Below, piece after piece: positions 9,570-18,649 of a stretch of DNA of 64,000 nucleotides; position 1 is the first letter of the stretch; every line of letters begins with the position of its first letter. The position numbers and the translations under genes are program-made. This stretch comes from a virus (Duplodnaviria > Caudoviricetes), in IMG/VR virus record IMGVR_UViG_3300005512_000001, positions 128,001-192,000 of that record; one strand, written 5' to 3'. Below the pieces are notes generated by a model. The model was given only the letters and a program-made list of their open reading frames with translations. It had not been told where the DNA came from and ran no database searches.

Positions 9570-10006
9570 TGGCAAAATTATCTATTGCTACTGGTATAAT
9601 CGCAGATGAGCCGACAAATTGCTTAACTACGTATCCAAAAGAGGTTTTGGAAAAAGCAGTTAAGCAATTTAATAATCGTACGGCCAAAAATCCTATAAAA
9701 GGTGGTGTATTAGACCTATCTAATATAGACGAGATAGGCGAAGCAACACACATCACACGCAGGATGTTTATAAACGAATCCGGAATGTTATGCGCTGAAA
9801 TTGAGACGCTAGATACTGACGCTGGACGCGAATTATTAAAGAAGATACGCGGTAATTCTAGGGTCATAGCTAGACCAATTATGTGTGTTCCCGCATATAT
9901 CGATATTTTAAAATCGCAACCAAACAGGAAAGACCCACTAGAGGTAACTAAAATTAACAGTATCATGAGGATACAGATACAGGCGGAATGCGATGAAGCT
10001 AAATGA
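9569..10006 (+). CDS. degenerate T4 gp21-like prohead protease homolog
   Basis: YPKEVLEKAV...ATHIT...EIETLDTDAGRELLK resembles gp21-family motifs, but the catalytic ELxHP and SSRG motifs are absent. Confidence 0.4.
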   Translation: MAKLSIATGIIADEPTNCLTTYPKEVLEKAVKQFNNRTAKNPIKGGVLDLSNIDEIGEATHITRRMFINESGMLCAEIETLDTDAGRELLKKIRGNSRVIARPIMCVPAYIDILKSQPNRKDPLEVTKINSIMRIQIQAECDEAK

Positions 10007-10184
10007 GGCAATTGAGAAAATAACAAAAGCTGGGCCAAATAATGTTAGAATCGTTTCAGACAAGTCACGATACAAGATAGAAGCTAAAATAGGCGGAGTT
10101 TGGATTTCTGTTATTGATGGCGTAGAAAAATCAATAGCAGAAAACCTGGTCCGAAAAGCTTTAAACAGGACAATATTAGGATGA
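9993..10184 (+). CDS. hypothetical protein
   Basis: Translationally coupled small ORF. Confidence 0.6.
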   Translation: MKLNEAIEKITKAGPNNVRIVSDKSRYKIEAKIGGVWISVIDGVEKSIAENLVRKALNRTILG

Positions 10185-10567
10185 GTAAAAACAAAGCCTA
10201 TGTATTTGCATTTGGCGGCAAAATATTAGAGTGTGAATCGCTACTAGAGTTGCGCAGCGGTATTTCTGAGGAAGAATGGAGCATGATAGTAGCTCAGACT
10301 GCAGAATTTTATCTGCAGCTAAATGCTGTGCACCAGTCTAGTGTATCACTAGATAGAGCTGACCATATGATTATGCGGCAACTCAGTAGAACACTTAAAT
10401 TCATAAAAAAACTGGACCCGATATCATATTCGCAGCTTAATATTGAAGAAAGAAAGCAGGAGTATAAAACAATTGCTAATAACGAAATACAAAACACTAT
10501 AGATATAAGCTATGGTAATGAGCCCAATAAACATGTCGATATTGTATCTGTCAATAGGCTTGACTAA
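10181..10567 (+). CDS. hypothetical protein
   Basis: ATGA overlap with the previous gene. Confidence 0.6.
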   Translation: MSKNKAYVFAFGGKILECESLLELRSGISEEEWSMIVAQTAEFYLQLNAVHQSSVSLDRADHMIMRQLSRTLKFIKKLDPISYSQLNIEERKQEYKTIANNEIQNTIDISYGNEPNKHVDIVSVNRLD

Positions 10568-10869
10568 TGCCGCAATATGATGAGATAACGATAAAATGGC
10601 CAAATGCTATTTTAAAAGTAGTTGGTGAATTTACTGAATTTGCCGACCACGTTCGATTTGATGCCATATTAATTTATCAATCAGAAAGTTACAACGATAA
10701 ATTAATATATAAGACATGGGTTAGGAAGAAACTAGGATATTTTGACCCAGACTCTATGCTGGCAATCCCAGACCCAAAATTAGTCAAAATTGCCCATAAG
10801 TTTGAAAAGATGGGCCAACAAATTTTTAATATTCGCTTCCAGTCGCTGCTAAATGCCCGCAAGTTATAA
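10567..10869 (+). CDS. hypothetical protein
   Basis: TAATG overlap with the previous gene. Confidence 0.6.
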   Translation: MPQYDEITIKWPNAILKVVGEFTEFADHVRFDAILIYQSESYNDKLIYKTWVRKKLGYFDPDSMLAIPDPKLVKIAHKFEKMGQQIFNIRFQSLLNARKL

Positions 10870-10907
10870 CACCAAACTCACCAATATATGTGGTTTGGTG
10901 TTCTTTT
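10868..10907. terminator. putative intrinsic terminator between convergent genes
   Basis: aacaccaaac...gtttggtgtt stem followed by ctttt. Confidence 0.55.
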
Positions 10908-10977
10908 AACCTTATGTGTACCAAACCTTTCGAGATGCTCATAATATATATAGAATATTAGAGCGGGCACGTGATGG

Positions 10978-13900
10978 TCATTCTATCAAACACGCACCGC
11001 CTGCACAAGCCTTCTCAGAACGCAGTGTTGTGTTGTCGTCTTCTTCCCTAAATTTCGTCCAGTCGATTGATTGGCTATTATTAATTAAATTCTGCCAGAT
11101 AGTTTTATCTGATTCTGTCTTAACCTCTTCCCTTGGTGCGTTAACATATTCTTTATCGCCTGTGTCTGGCAACATTGATACGCCGCTGAAGAATTTACGG
11201 TGCCGCCATAGGAATTCTTTTACATCATCCCATTCATCTTGCTTTACAGTAATGGTGTTAGAAACATTATGTGTCACACCAGGTGACGAATTTGGTTTTG
11301 CAGTTCCAGGAATAACCCAATTACGCTGGGTCATTAATACCTTTTCTAAGAATTCAATCGCTGTTAGGTCATGCCTAGTAATAGCATTTTCAGGTGCTTT
11401 GATAGGGAATGTGATTAGGTCTTTCCTGGCATCAACTGAAATGCACATATGTGGGTTCTTATTTTTAAAATGTTTATAGACTGGGCAGTCTGGGTTGGCA
11501 CGCACTCTCCTGAAATATTTCTCTGCATGATGAGTATGAATGCCACTACCAACTGCACCTAATACAATAGATGCAGAACCGCTTGGCTTAATACATGTGA
11601 CTCTGGCTGCGGTGTTAATTCCGATTCTATTTGCAATATCAATATTGGTTTCGACTGCTACCTGTGCAGCGTTTCTCTGGATTTCCGGATTTAGTGCGAT
11701 ATCAGGATTATCCATAACGCCGGTCATCGATACACCAAGTAGTGCCTCTTTATTGCAAACTGCTTCACTTACCCATCCAAGATATTTAAAATCAGTATAG
11801 CCAGCTTGAGCTGTGCCGATAATCGCAGCAGCCTTTACACGCTCATATAGCTCTTGTTCGTTATCAACATCAGATACATTTACTTCTGTTAGGTTGCACA
11901 TCTGCCATCCCCAATGGGTGGCATTTACTTTCAGGTTTGGGAGTTTGCGGTTAGTTGATGCTGCCCACTTGCTGAGGGACATCTTCAATTCTGGTGTGAT
12001 GGTCAACTTCGGATTCATCCCGATTTCTACACAATTATGAACATACAACCCATTAGCGTCAAAAGCAGATGGGCCTGGCACCGTACAATCATACACTGGA
12101 TGAATACCTATATGATCTATTGATTTGATGGTGTCATATATATTATCAGACCAAAAGTTATTGTCTTTAATCTCTTCTAATTTTTTGGCTTTTTGTGCGT
12201 TGCTAAACCCAACCTGTGACGCGAACCTTTTAATCGATTTACCAGATATGATTAAATCATGCGTCGCTGCACAAATTACTTTTTTATATCCACCATGACC
12301 ATTAGGCATTGGAATGCGACGTTCTGCATGCCTTTCTTTAGCAATATTAGATTTTATGCCAAAATAACTTAATATGAGTTGTACTTTTTTTAGGTTATCT
12401 AGTTGATTAGAACACAATCTAATACTATATCTTCCTTTAGACGCGATAGTAACAGTTCCATCTGCATCAAAATATCCAGTCAGAAACCCTCTTAATAACG
12501 ATTTGGATGACTTCAATAATTGATCAGATATATGCTTACCACCACCCTTTAAATTTAAATCTCTGAATAGATGATATGAAACTGCTAAATTATATAATTT
12601 TTTGCTTTCTGATTGCACATAAGGATTTGCAATAATTGCTTTACTAAATTTTTCTCTACTATAATTCGGATGATTTTCGGAATTAAGTCCAGATTTTTGT
12701 AAAATATCATTGGCAAATACCCTATCTTGATATTTATCATCACCCCAAAATTTTATTTGTGCTGAATTGCCACGTGCTCTTTTAACAATATTTCCATCAC
12801 CAATAAACCATCCCAATACCAGCCCCTTGCCCCATTCTTTTTCATCTGAATATTGGTTTGATGCAGAATGGCTACTATGATCATGCAATTTGATGTTGTC
12901 ACCAACCATCAAATTTCCAACAGATTGCCACCCATTATTAGTCATGACTTTGTGATTAGCAGTAATATCAATATGTCGGCCACTTTTCATCTCAACACGT
13001 AACACTTGTTTTGATCCTGTTGGGAAGAACCCATTAGATTTGAACTTTTTACCGTCAACTACTGCTTTAAATGGCACGTCAAGTAGGTCACATACTTGTT
13101 TTAATCCATCATCGGTGCTAACCCAAGTATCGCCAGTAACACATGGGTTTGCGCCGGTATCTTCATCATCTGTAAAATAAAATCCTGGCTCGCCCCATTG
13201 CTCTGTGGCTTTAAAGATTCGACAGAATTGTCTTTTCTTGATGTCTTTGCGATGCAAAACGACAGAATTATTTGCTCTAGCACGCCATGGATGTGTACTA
13301 TACCAGTTGCCAGTTTTTGAATTCATCATCTCACCATCATCTAGTGAGAATAAACAAATCATTGCTGCTTCTCTGATTCCGCCAGCATAAACGGCGTTAG
13401 CTAGCATACACATAATATCATAACATTCGATTGGTTTTAGTTGTCTACCTTGAGCATTTTCAAGCACCTTTCTGACATTGTTTAATGACGACTTCAATGG
13501 CAGATGCCCAGGTGCTCTTCCACCTGACGTTTTGAGTAATGCACCTTGTGGCCTGATTTTGTTGTATGCGAATTCAACATATACTCCTGTACGTAAGTAT
13601 GACCTAATAAGCTCATGGGCAGCGTCGGCCCATCCTTCTATAGTATCAGGTACTATATGGTGAATAACGTTTTTCTTGTCAATAAACTTGACAGGTTCTA
13701 GCTGGTCAATGTGCTGGAATTGGACTGAAAATCCAACGCCTGTTCCACTAAGTAGAAGCCAGAATGCTTCTGAGAATGCACGCGCCCTGTTTATAATAGA
13801 AAAGCTACAGTTATAACCTTTAGCATTATTTGCCTCCATCGCTGGGCCGCCAAACTGCATAGACCTCATTGATGGTAAGACTTGCTTCGCCCGCACTTTA

Positions 13901-14373
13901 TTAAACGCCCATTCCAATTCTTTTGTGATAGAAGGATATCTATCTATATGCATTTGCTCTACACGGTCGACTATTTCTGGGAAAATTTCCCGTCGATTGA
14001 GTTCTGGTTTAAAACGTGAGTATCGCGTCATAGTTACATAATCGGCCATCATTTCAGTGTTTGGCTCTATGCGTAATTTAGCTTGCCTATCACTAAAGAG
14101 GATGAAAGCTTCTGCTACCTCATGGTATTGGTAATCCATTAACTTGCGTTTGACAATACCAGTAATAACATCGGTAGCGATTACACCATTATCAGCGGTA
14201 ATAGCAGCCTCATTGATGATAGATTCGATCAGATTTTCAAATTTACCATTTATGTCATGGCCGGTTTCTGCCGCTGACCTTTTAATCCCATACTCAATTT
14301 TAGACTTGTCAAAATCGACTAATGAACCATCACGTTTTGACACCTTTGGTGTAGTTGCAACAGAAGTGGGCAT
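10978..14373 (-). CDS. nrdJ: class II (B12-dependent, monomeric RTPR-type) ribonucleotide reductase with N-terminal ATP cone and an intein
   Basis: ATP cone VSKRDGSLVDFDKSKI; YNCSF, GTGVGFS, DTIEGWA, GEPGF, NP|C..E, CNLTE, TCIKPSG; C-terminal CAGGAC. Confidence 0.9.
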   Translation of the reverse strand: MPTSVATTPKVSKRDGSLVDFDKSKIEYGIKRSAAETGHDINGKFENLIESIINEAAITADNGVIATDVITGIVKRKLMDYQYHEVAEAFILFSDRQAKLRIEPNTEMMADYVTMTRYSRFKPELNRREIFPEIVDRVEQMHIDRYPSITKELEWAFNKVRAKQVLPSMRSMQFGGPAMEANNAKGYNCSFSIINRARAFSEAFWLLLSGTGVGFSVQFQHIDQLEPVKFIDKKNVIHHIVPDTIEGWADAAHELIRSYLRTGVYVEFAYNKIRPQGALLKTSGGRAPGHLPLKSSLNNVRKVLENAQGRQLKPIECYDIMCMLANAVYAGGIREAAMICLFSLDDGEMMNSKTGNWYSTHPWRARANNSVVLHRKDIKKRQFCRIFKATEQWGEPGFYFTDDEDTGANPCVTGDTWVSTDDGLKQVCDLLDVPFKAVVDGKKFKSNGFFPTGSKQVLRVEMKSGRHIDITANHKVMTNNGWQSVGNLMVGDNIKLHDHSSHSASNQYSDEKEWGKGLVLGWFIGDGNIVKRARGNSAQIKFWGDDKYQDRVFANDILQKSGLNSENHPNYSREKFSKAIIANPYVQSESKKLYNLAVSYHLFRDLNLKGGGKHISDQLLKSSKSLLRGFLTGYFDADGTVTIASKGRYSIRLCSNQLDNLKKVQLILSYFGIKSNIAKERHAERRIPMPNGHGGYKKVICAATHDLIISGKSIKRFASQVGFSNAQKAKKLEEIKDNNFWSDNIYDTIKSIDHIGIHPVYDCTVPGPSAFDANGLYVHNCVEIGMNPKLTITPELKMSLSKWAASTNRKLPNLKVNATHWGWQMCNLTEVNVSDVDNEQELYERVKAAAIIGTAQAGYTDFKYLGWVSEAVCNKEALLGVSMTGVMDNPDIALNPEIQRNAAQVAVETNIDIANRIGINTAARVTCIKPSGSASIVLGAVGSGIHTHHAEKYFRRVRANPDCPVYKHFKNKNPHMCISVDARKDLITFPIKAPENAITRHDLTAIEFLEKVLMTQRNWVIPGTAKPNSSPGVTHNVSNTITVKQDEWDDVKEFLWRHRKFFSGVSMLPDTGDKEYVNAPREEVKTESDKTIWQNLINNSQSIDWTKFREEDDNTTLRSEKACAGGACLIE
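12034..13143 (-). mobile_element. intein with LAGLIDADG homing endonuclease in NrdJ (370 aa)
   Basis: GANP|CVTGDT ... ITANHKV ... LGWFIGDG ... LTGYFDADG ... VYDCTV ... VHN|CVE. Confidence 0.9.
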
Positions 14374-14590
14374 CTATGGCCTTCCTATATCTATGTAAGT
14401 ATTTCTATTAATTAGACTTAAGTATTTTCGAACTGTCTTCCACATGGCCGCTGGGTTTATTTTTGAGCAACCGATATGTTAGGCACATTATTGTTCTCTG
14501 AACCCTGTCCCGAGCGTTTAGAATACTATCCGAAAAATCATAAAGTATTTAATACAAACACGAGATCTACTAATTTTCGAGGATGAAAGA

Positions 14591-14884
14591 ATGAATAATT
14601 GCCCTGAACCTGTAAGTGGGGCTGTGCCACAAGATAGCCCACTTACTATTATTACTACTAAGATTAAACAGGCTAATTTATTTTCTATAGAATTAATAAA
14701 GCAAGCAGAATCTATATTACAAGTTCTCGATCGTAAGCTGCTTGGCAATCAAGCAACTGACGACGATTGTAAAGACAATCTTAAATCGATTGATGAAGAA
14801 TATATTATGCCGTATTTATGTGATACAGAAGCAAATCTTGGAAAGCTAGAAGCAATAATAATAAAGATAGCAGCACTAATCTAA
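14591..14884 (+). CDS. hypothetical protein
   Basis: 97 aa ORF with GAGGA upstream. Confidence 0.55.
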   Translation: MNNCPEPVSGAVPQDSPLTIITTKIKQANLFSIELIKQAESILQVLDRKLLGNQATDDDCKDNLKSIDEEYIMPYLCDTEANLGKLEAIIIKIAALI

Positions 14885-14914
14885 AGCAAAACTAAGACGC
14901 GCAAAATAGCAAAA

Positions 14915-14983
14915 CAATTACGAAACTCAGCAATTACGAAACTCAGCAATTACGAAACTCAGCAATTACGAAACTCAGCAATT
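14915..14983 (+). repeat. tandem direct repeat, 4.3 x 16 bp CAATTACGAAACTCAG
   Basis: Perfect copies at 14915, 14931, 14947 and 14963, plus a partial CAATT; no spacers. Confidence 0.95.
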
Positions 14984-14999
14984 TGTTCGCAGCAGAAGT

Positions 15000-15375
15000 G
15001 TTAAAAGGCCACGATCGGCATAAAGACAGCTCGCCGTCCAGAAGATGGCAGCGGTGAAATCCAATGATGATAGAGTGCCCGGTGGCCTCTTTTTACCAGG
15101 TAAAAGCCACCATAAAGAAGCGCAGGATCCCCTGGCCGACCAGAACCGTTAGGTTGGTGCAACGGGCCTATCGTTGGTTAGTACCCTAAGGATTAGAAAT
15201 TAGGCTCTACTAAGGAGCTGGAGAGAATCCGGCTGTAACCGAAAGTTCTTAAGTTGGCCACACTTAAAGGGTGAGGTGCGCTGGTACGGTATGGCCCCTC
15301 AGCCTGTGGTGGGTAGTTCACTATACTTAGAATATCCTTTCTTTTCTTTGTGAAACCTACCCCTGCGCAACTAAA
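15000..15375 (+). ncRNA. putative large structured non-coding RNA or structured DNA element, family unknown
   Basis: GC-richer, ORF-free stretch with stems at 15033-15049, 15081-15111, 15134-15168, 15249-15267, 15269-15304 and 15312-15361, and a long-range helix gcgcagg(15120)/cctgcgc(15362). Strand is a guess. Confidence 0.55.
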
Positions 15376-15462
15376 GGAGACCTGACTATTCTGATTGTAT
15401 TTAATGTTGGGAAAGATTACTAAAGCATTAAAGCATTAAAGAACTCAATAATCGGAGATACG

Positions 15463-16137
15463 ATGAGAGTACCAATTCGTGATGCGGATAGGTTCTTTGT
15501 TGAACTTGATGAGATAGAAAAAATACACTCATACAATATTGATATTAGAAATAGGGAAATATTCATATCTGGGGAGGATGGGCTTGACCCAGATATAGAG
15601 CCTGGCGTTAATTATATTATGTCTGCTAGGTTGATACGTAATCTCCGAATATTAGTTAATCGCAGTAATAAGCCAATATTAATTCATATGAAAACATGTG
15701 GGGGCAGTTGGAACGAGGGGATGGCCATGTATGATGCAATCAAATCATGTCCAACCCATGTTACTATATTGAACTATACTCACGCACGTAGTATGAGTTC
15801 ATTGATATTGCAAGCTGCAGACAGACGAGTTATGATGCCACATTCTGAATTTATGTTTCATCATGGGACATATAGCGATGACGGCGAGATGGTAACTGTT
15901 ATGTCCAACTTAGATTGGTACCGGCGCACAATAGATGTTATGTGCGGCATCTATGTTGATGTTATGAAGGAAACTCCAGGCAGTAAATGGGTAAAGGTTT
16001 CAAAAGATAAGATTAGGCAATGGCTGGATGAGCAGATGGAAAAGAAAAATGATGTATTTATGTCTGCCGAAGATGCTGTGTGCAATGGGTTTGCTGATGC
16101 GGTATTCGACAATGATTGGGGAAAGTTAGTTGGATGA
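15463..16137 (+). CDS. clpP: ClpP-like serine protease
   Basis: REIFISG, PILIHMKTCGGS...GMAMYDAIK, ARSMSSLIL (catalytic Ser), MMPHSEFMFH, DVFMSAEDAV..GFAD. Confidence 0.85.
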   Translation: MRVPIRDADRFFVELDEIEKIHSYNIDIRNREIFISGEDGLDPDIEPGVNYIMSARLIRNLRILVNRSNKPILIHMKTCGGSWNEGMAMYDAIKSCPTHVTILNYTHARSMSSLILQAADRRVMMPHSEFMFHHGTYSDDGEMVTVMSNLDWYRRTIDVMCGIYVDVMKETPGSKWVKVSKDKIRQWLDEQMEKKNDVFMSAEDAVCNGFADAVFDNDWGKLVG

Positions 16138-16724
16138 TTGTTTCAAAGAAGCACAAGTTTGCTTTTGTACATATTCCGAAAACTGGTGGGACTTCTATTA
16201 CGTTGATGCTTAAGCCATATCTTGGTAGTGGGCCGACCCATGGCCGAGGGTGGCAAAAGGCATATCATAAATATGAATTACATTCCCCATTAATGCCATT
16301 TAATCATATGGGTAATTATTTTAAATTCGCATTTGTTAGAAATCCGTGGGATTGGCTGGTCTCGTTATATCATACTGGTGCGATTAATAGGATGATAGGC
16401 CGAGCTAAAAGGGCTAAAAAACCAGCATGGAATGAATTAATACGAATGATAAATGCTGGGGCTGTGTCAGTTAGATGCCAATCAACATGGCTCAAATGCC
16501 ATGCTGTGTCAGTTGATTATGTTGCAAGATTTGAACAATATGAAAAAGAAGTAGCATATATCTTTAACCGATTGGGACTTAAGTACAAAAATATACCACA
16601 TAGATTGAACAATGGAAGGAAGCGGCAACATTATACTGAATGGTATGATGCTAATAGCCGACGGGTGATTGGGCGGCTGTTTAAACATGATATAACTGCT
16701 TTTAAATATAAATTTGGGAAATAA
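16134..16724 (+). CDS. sulfotransferase family 2 protein
   Basis: FVHIPKTGGTS and FVRNPWDWLVSLY (PAPS-binding motifs). Confidence 0.85.
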   Translation: MIVSKKHKFAFVHIPKTGGTSITLMLKPYLGSGPTHGRGWQKAYHKYELHSPLMPFNHMGNYFKFAFVRNPWDWLVSLYHTGAINRMIGRAKRAKKPAWNELIRMINAGAVSVRCQSTWLKCHAVSVDYVARFEQYEKEVAYIFNRLGLKYKNIPHRLNNGRKRQHYTEWYDANSRRVIGRLFKHDITAFKYKFGK

Positions 16725-16732
16725 TAATAATA

Positions 16733-16951
16733 ATGTTACAATTATTAAAAAAATGGCTAAAGCGTGAGACTCATGTGTTTGTACATTTTGATGGCCCTAT
16801 AAATATAAATATTTCCGGCGAGTATACAAGTTCACAAAATGCAAGTATTTTAAAACAAGGTACGAACGCTGAAGATGATGTTCAGGTTGAGCCAGTATTA
16901 GGCAATATTGAGCTACCTGTGGCAGACTTCGGACAGAACATTAAAGGTTAG
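16733..16951 (+). CDS. hypothetical protein
   Basis: 72 aa ORF directly upstream of the actin-like gene. Confidence 0.55.
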   Translation: MLQLLKKWLKRETHVFVHFDGPININISGEYTSSQNASILKQGTNAEDDVQVEPVLGNIELPVADFGQNIKG

Positions 16952-16953
16952 AT

Positions 16954-18018
16954 ATGGCCACTGAATACAATAGAATCGGATTAGACCTTGGGACCAAAAC
17001 CATTGTGTGTGCGATCAGGTCTGGTGATGGTAGACTTACATTTCGCAAAGAAATAAATGGATTTTTTGTGTTTCCTAAGAAAGATGCGTTCACTAGGAAT
17101 ATGTTAGTGAAGCAGAAGATTCCGTTTATAGAGCGAGATGGGAGATTTATTGCCCTCGGGTCTAGGGCGGAACAATTTGCGTATGCGATTAACTCGACAT
17201 TACGTAGGCCAATGGCTGAAGGCACTGTTAGTAGAGAACAAGAGGCCATAAATATTATGGCTTCGATTGTTCAAGCACTTATTGGCAAGCTTGAAAAAGA
17301 TACGATTTTATATTATTGCATCCCAGCAAACGCACTTAATAAACAGACGAATGTGCAATACCATGATAAGGTTGCTAGGTTGATATTTGATAGTTATAAG
17401 AGGTCCGAAGTCACAATTAATGCATACTCAATTAATGAGGCTAGGGCGATTGCAATTGGCAGTGACGAACCTTTAGCGGTTGCAATCTCTTGGGGCGCTG
17501 GCATGATTAATACATGCTATACGATGTTTGGTGTGCCGATATTTGAATTCTCGTTGGTGGGGTCAGGTGACTGGATTGATACTGAAGCTGCAAAGCAATT
17601 TGGTTACAATCCTGATAACCCAACTCAGAAATCTCAAGAAACTCCTACTAGTATTTGCCATCGGAAGCATGATATTGATTTGACAGTTCCTTTGAAAGAA
17701 GCTAATAGGGTTGACCAAGCAATAATGTTGCATTACCAGCTTCTGATTGAGAATGTCATTAATGGCATTATTAATGGATTTGAAAGCAACATCGATAAAG
17801 CCAGAATCGAGCAACCAGTTCCAATCATAATGGCTGGTGGCACAGCTTCACCTGTTGGCTTCAAGGAATACTTCACTCAAATCCTTAACAATCATACATT
17901 GCCGTTTGAGGTATCTGAAGTTAAATTGAGCCCAAAACCTTTGTTTGCAGTCGCAGAAGGCTGCCTTGTTGCCGCTGAGATGCATGAAGTTGAGGAATCA
18001 GAAGAGGCAGAAGGTTAG
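16954..18018 (+). CDS. actin-like ATPase (MreB/FtsA/ParM superfamily)
   Basis: Phosphate-1 IGLDLGT, LRRPMAEG, connect-1 INEARA, phosphate-2 SWGAGMIN, GSGDWID, adenosine IMAGGTA, connect-2 AVAEGC. Confidence 0.8.
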   Translation: MATEYNRIGLDLGTKTIVCAIRSGDGRLTFRKEINGFFVFPKKDAFTRNMLVKQKIPFIERDGRFIALGSRAEQFAYAINSTLRRPMAEGTVSREQEAINIMASIVQALIGKLEKDTILYYCIPANALNKQTNVQYHDKVARLIFDSYKRSEVTINAYSINEARAIAIGSDEPLAVAISWGAGMINTCYTMFGVPIFEFSLVGSGDWIDTEAAKQFGYNPDNPTQKSQETPTSICHRKHDIDLTVPLKEANRVDQAIMLHYQLLIENVINGIINGFESNIDKARIEQPVPIIMAGGTASPVGFKEYFTQILNNHTLPFEVSEVKLSPKPLFAVAEGCLVAAEMHEVEESEEAEG

Positions 18019-18593
18019 AACTTAGGTTTTTTAATCATTGACTTTAGACTTTGCGGCGATTTGACCTTCAGTAGATTCCATACTTTTGACATTTCAGAAT
18101 CCACATCGTCTAATAGTGATTCATACCGAACCATAGCAGATTTTCTCGGATATTCTTTACAGAACATAGAGAATCGATTGTTCATCAATTGGTGAAATGG
18201 TTTGTATATTTCTTCCGGTATAAAGCCGCGTTTTATATTGGCATCTTCTTTTTTATATGACCTATAATTACTATCGGCATTCCTAGAAATAAATATAAAT
18301 CTAGCTTCTGGAAATAGTCTCTCAAGCCATACCCATTCCAACGCATCTATTCCTGGGTTTAGGACTAATTTGGCACCTGACCACTTTGGTAATTTGTCGA
18401 ATGATTCTAAAACTTTAGTATGATATGGTGAGTTTTTATATCTTCGAATCTTCAATAATTGAGCCGCATGCAAAATTTCATGCGGCTCGAACAACACTTT
18501 TTTGACCTGTGGTGATTTAGCAACTAGGTTCCTAAATATTGATGTCCCACTTCTTCTAAGACCTATTAAGAAAAATTTTCCAATCCCAATCAT
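18015..18593 (-). CDS. sulfotransferase-like P-loop protein
   Basis: IGLRRSGTS, FPEARFIFISRN, VRYESL. Confidence 0.75.
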   Translation of the reverse strand: MIGIGKFFLIGLRRSGTSIFRNLVAKSPQVKKVLFEPHEILHAAQLLKIRRYKNSPYHTKVLESFDKLPKWSGAKLVLNPGIDALEWVWLERLFPEARFIFISRNADSNYRSYKKEDANIKRGFIPEEIYKPFHQLMNNRFSMFCKEYPRKSAMVRYESLLDDVDSEMSKVWNLLKVKSPQSLKSMIKKPKF

Positions 18594-18636
18594 ATTATAT
18601 TTACACCTGATATATTAGTAAAGGTAAATATAATAT
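18592..18636. promoter_or_regulatory. perfect 13-bp inverted repeat = divergent GTAAATATAATAT promoter-like motifs
   Basis: atattatatttac (18592-18604) and gtaaatataatat (18624-18636) each lie just upstream of a divergent start codon; resembles the T4 late promoter TATAAATA. Confidence 0.55.
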
Positions 18637-18649
18637 TTGGAGAGAAGTT

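Noticed and set aside
14915-14983. CRISPR array
   Set aside because: Units are 16 bp and directly adjacent with no spacers; no cas genes in the window
15000-15375. RNase P RNA, tmRNA, group I/II intron or cobalamin riboswitch for nrdJ
   Set aside because: AGAATCCGGCTGTA resembles RNase P CR-V but there is no upstream GAGGAAAGUCC partner. No tRNA-like ends, convincing P7 or domain V, or B12 box were seen, and an ORF separates it from nrdJ
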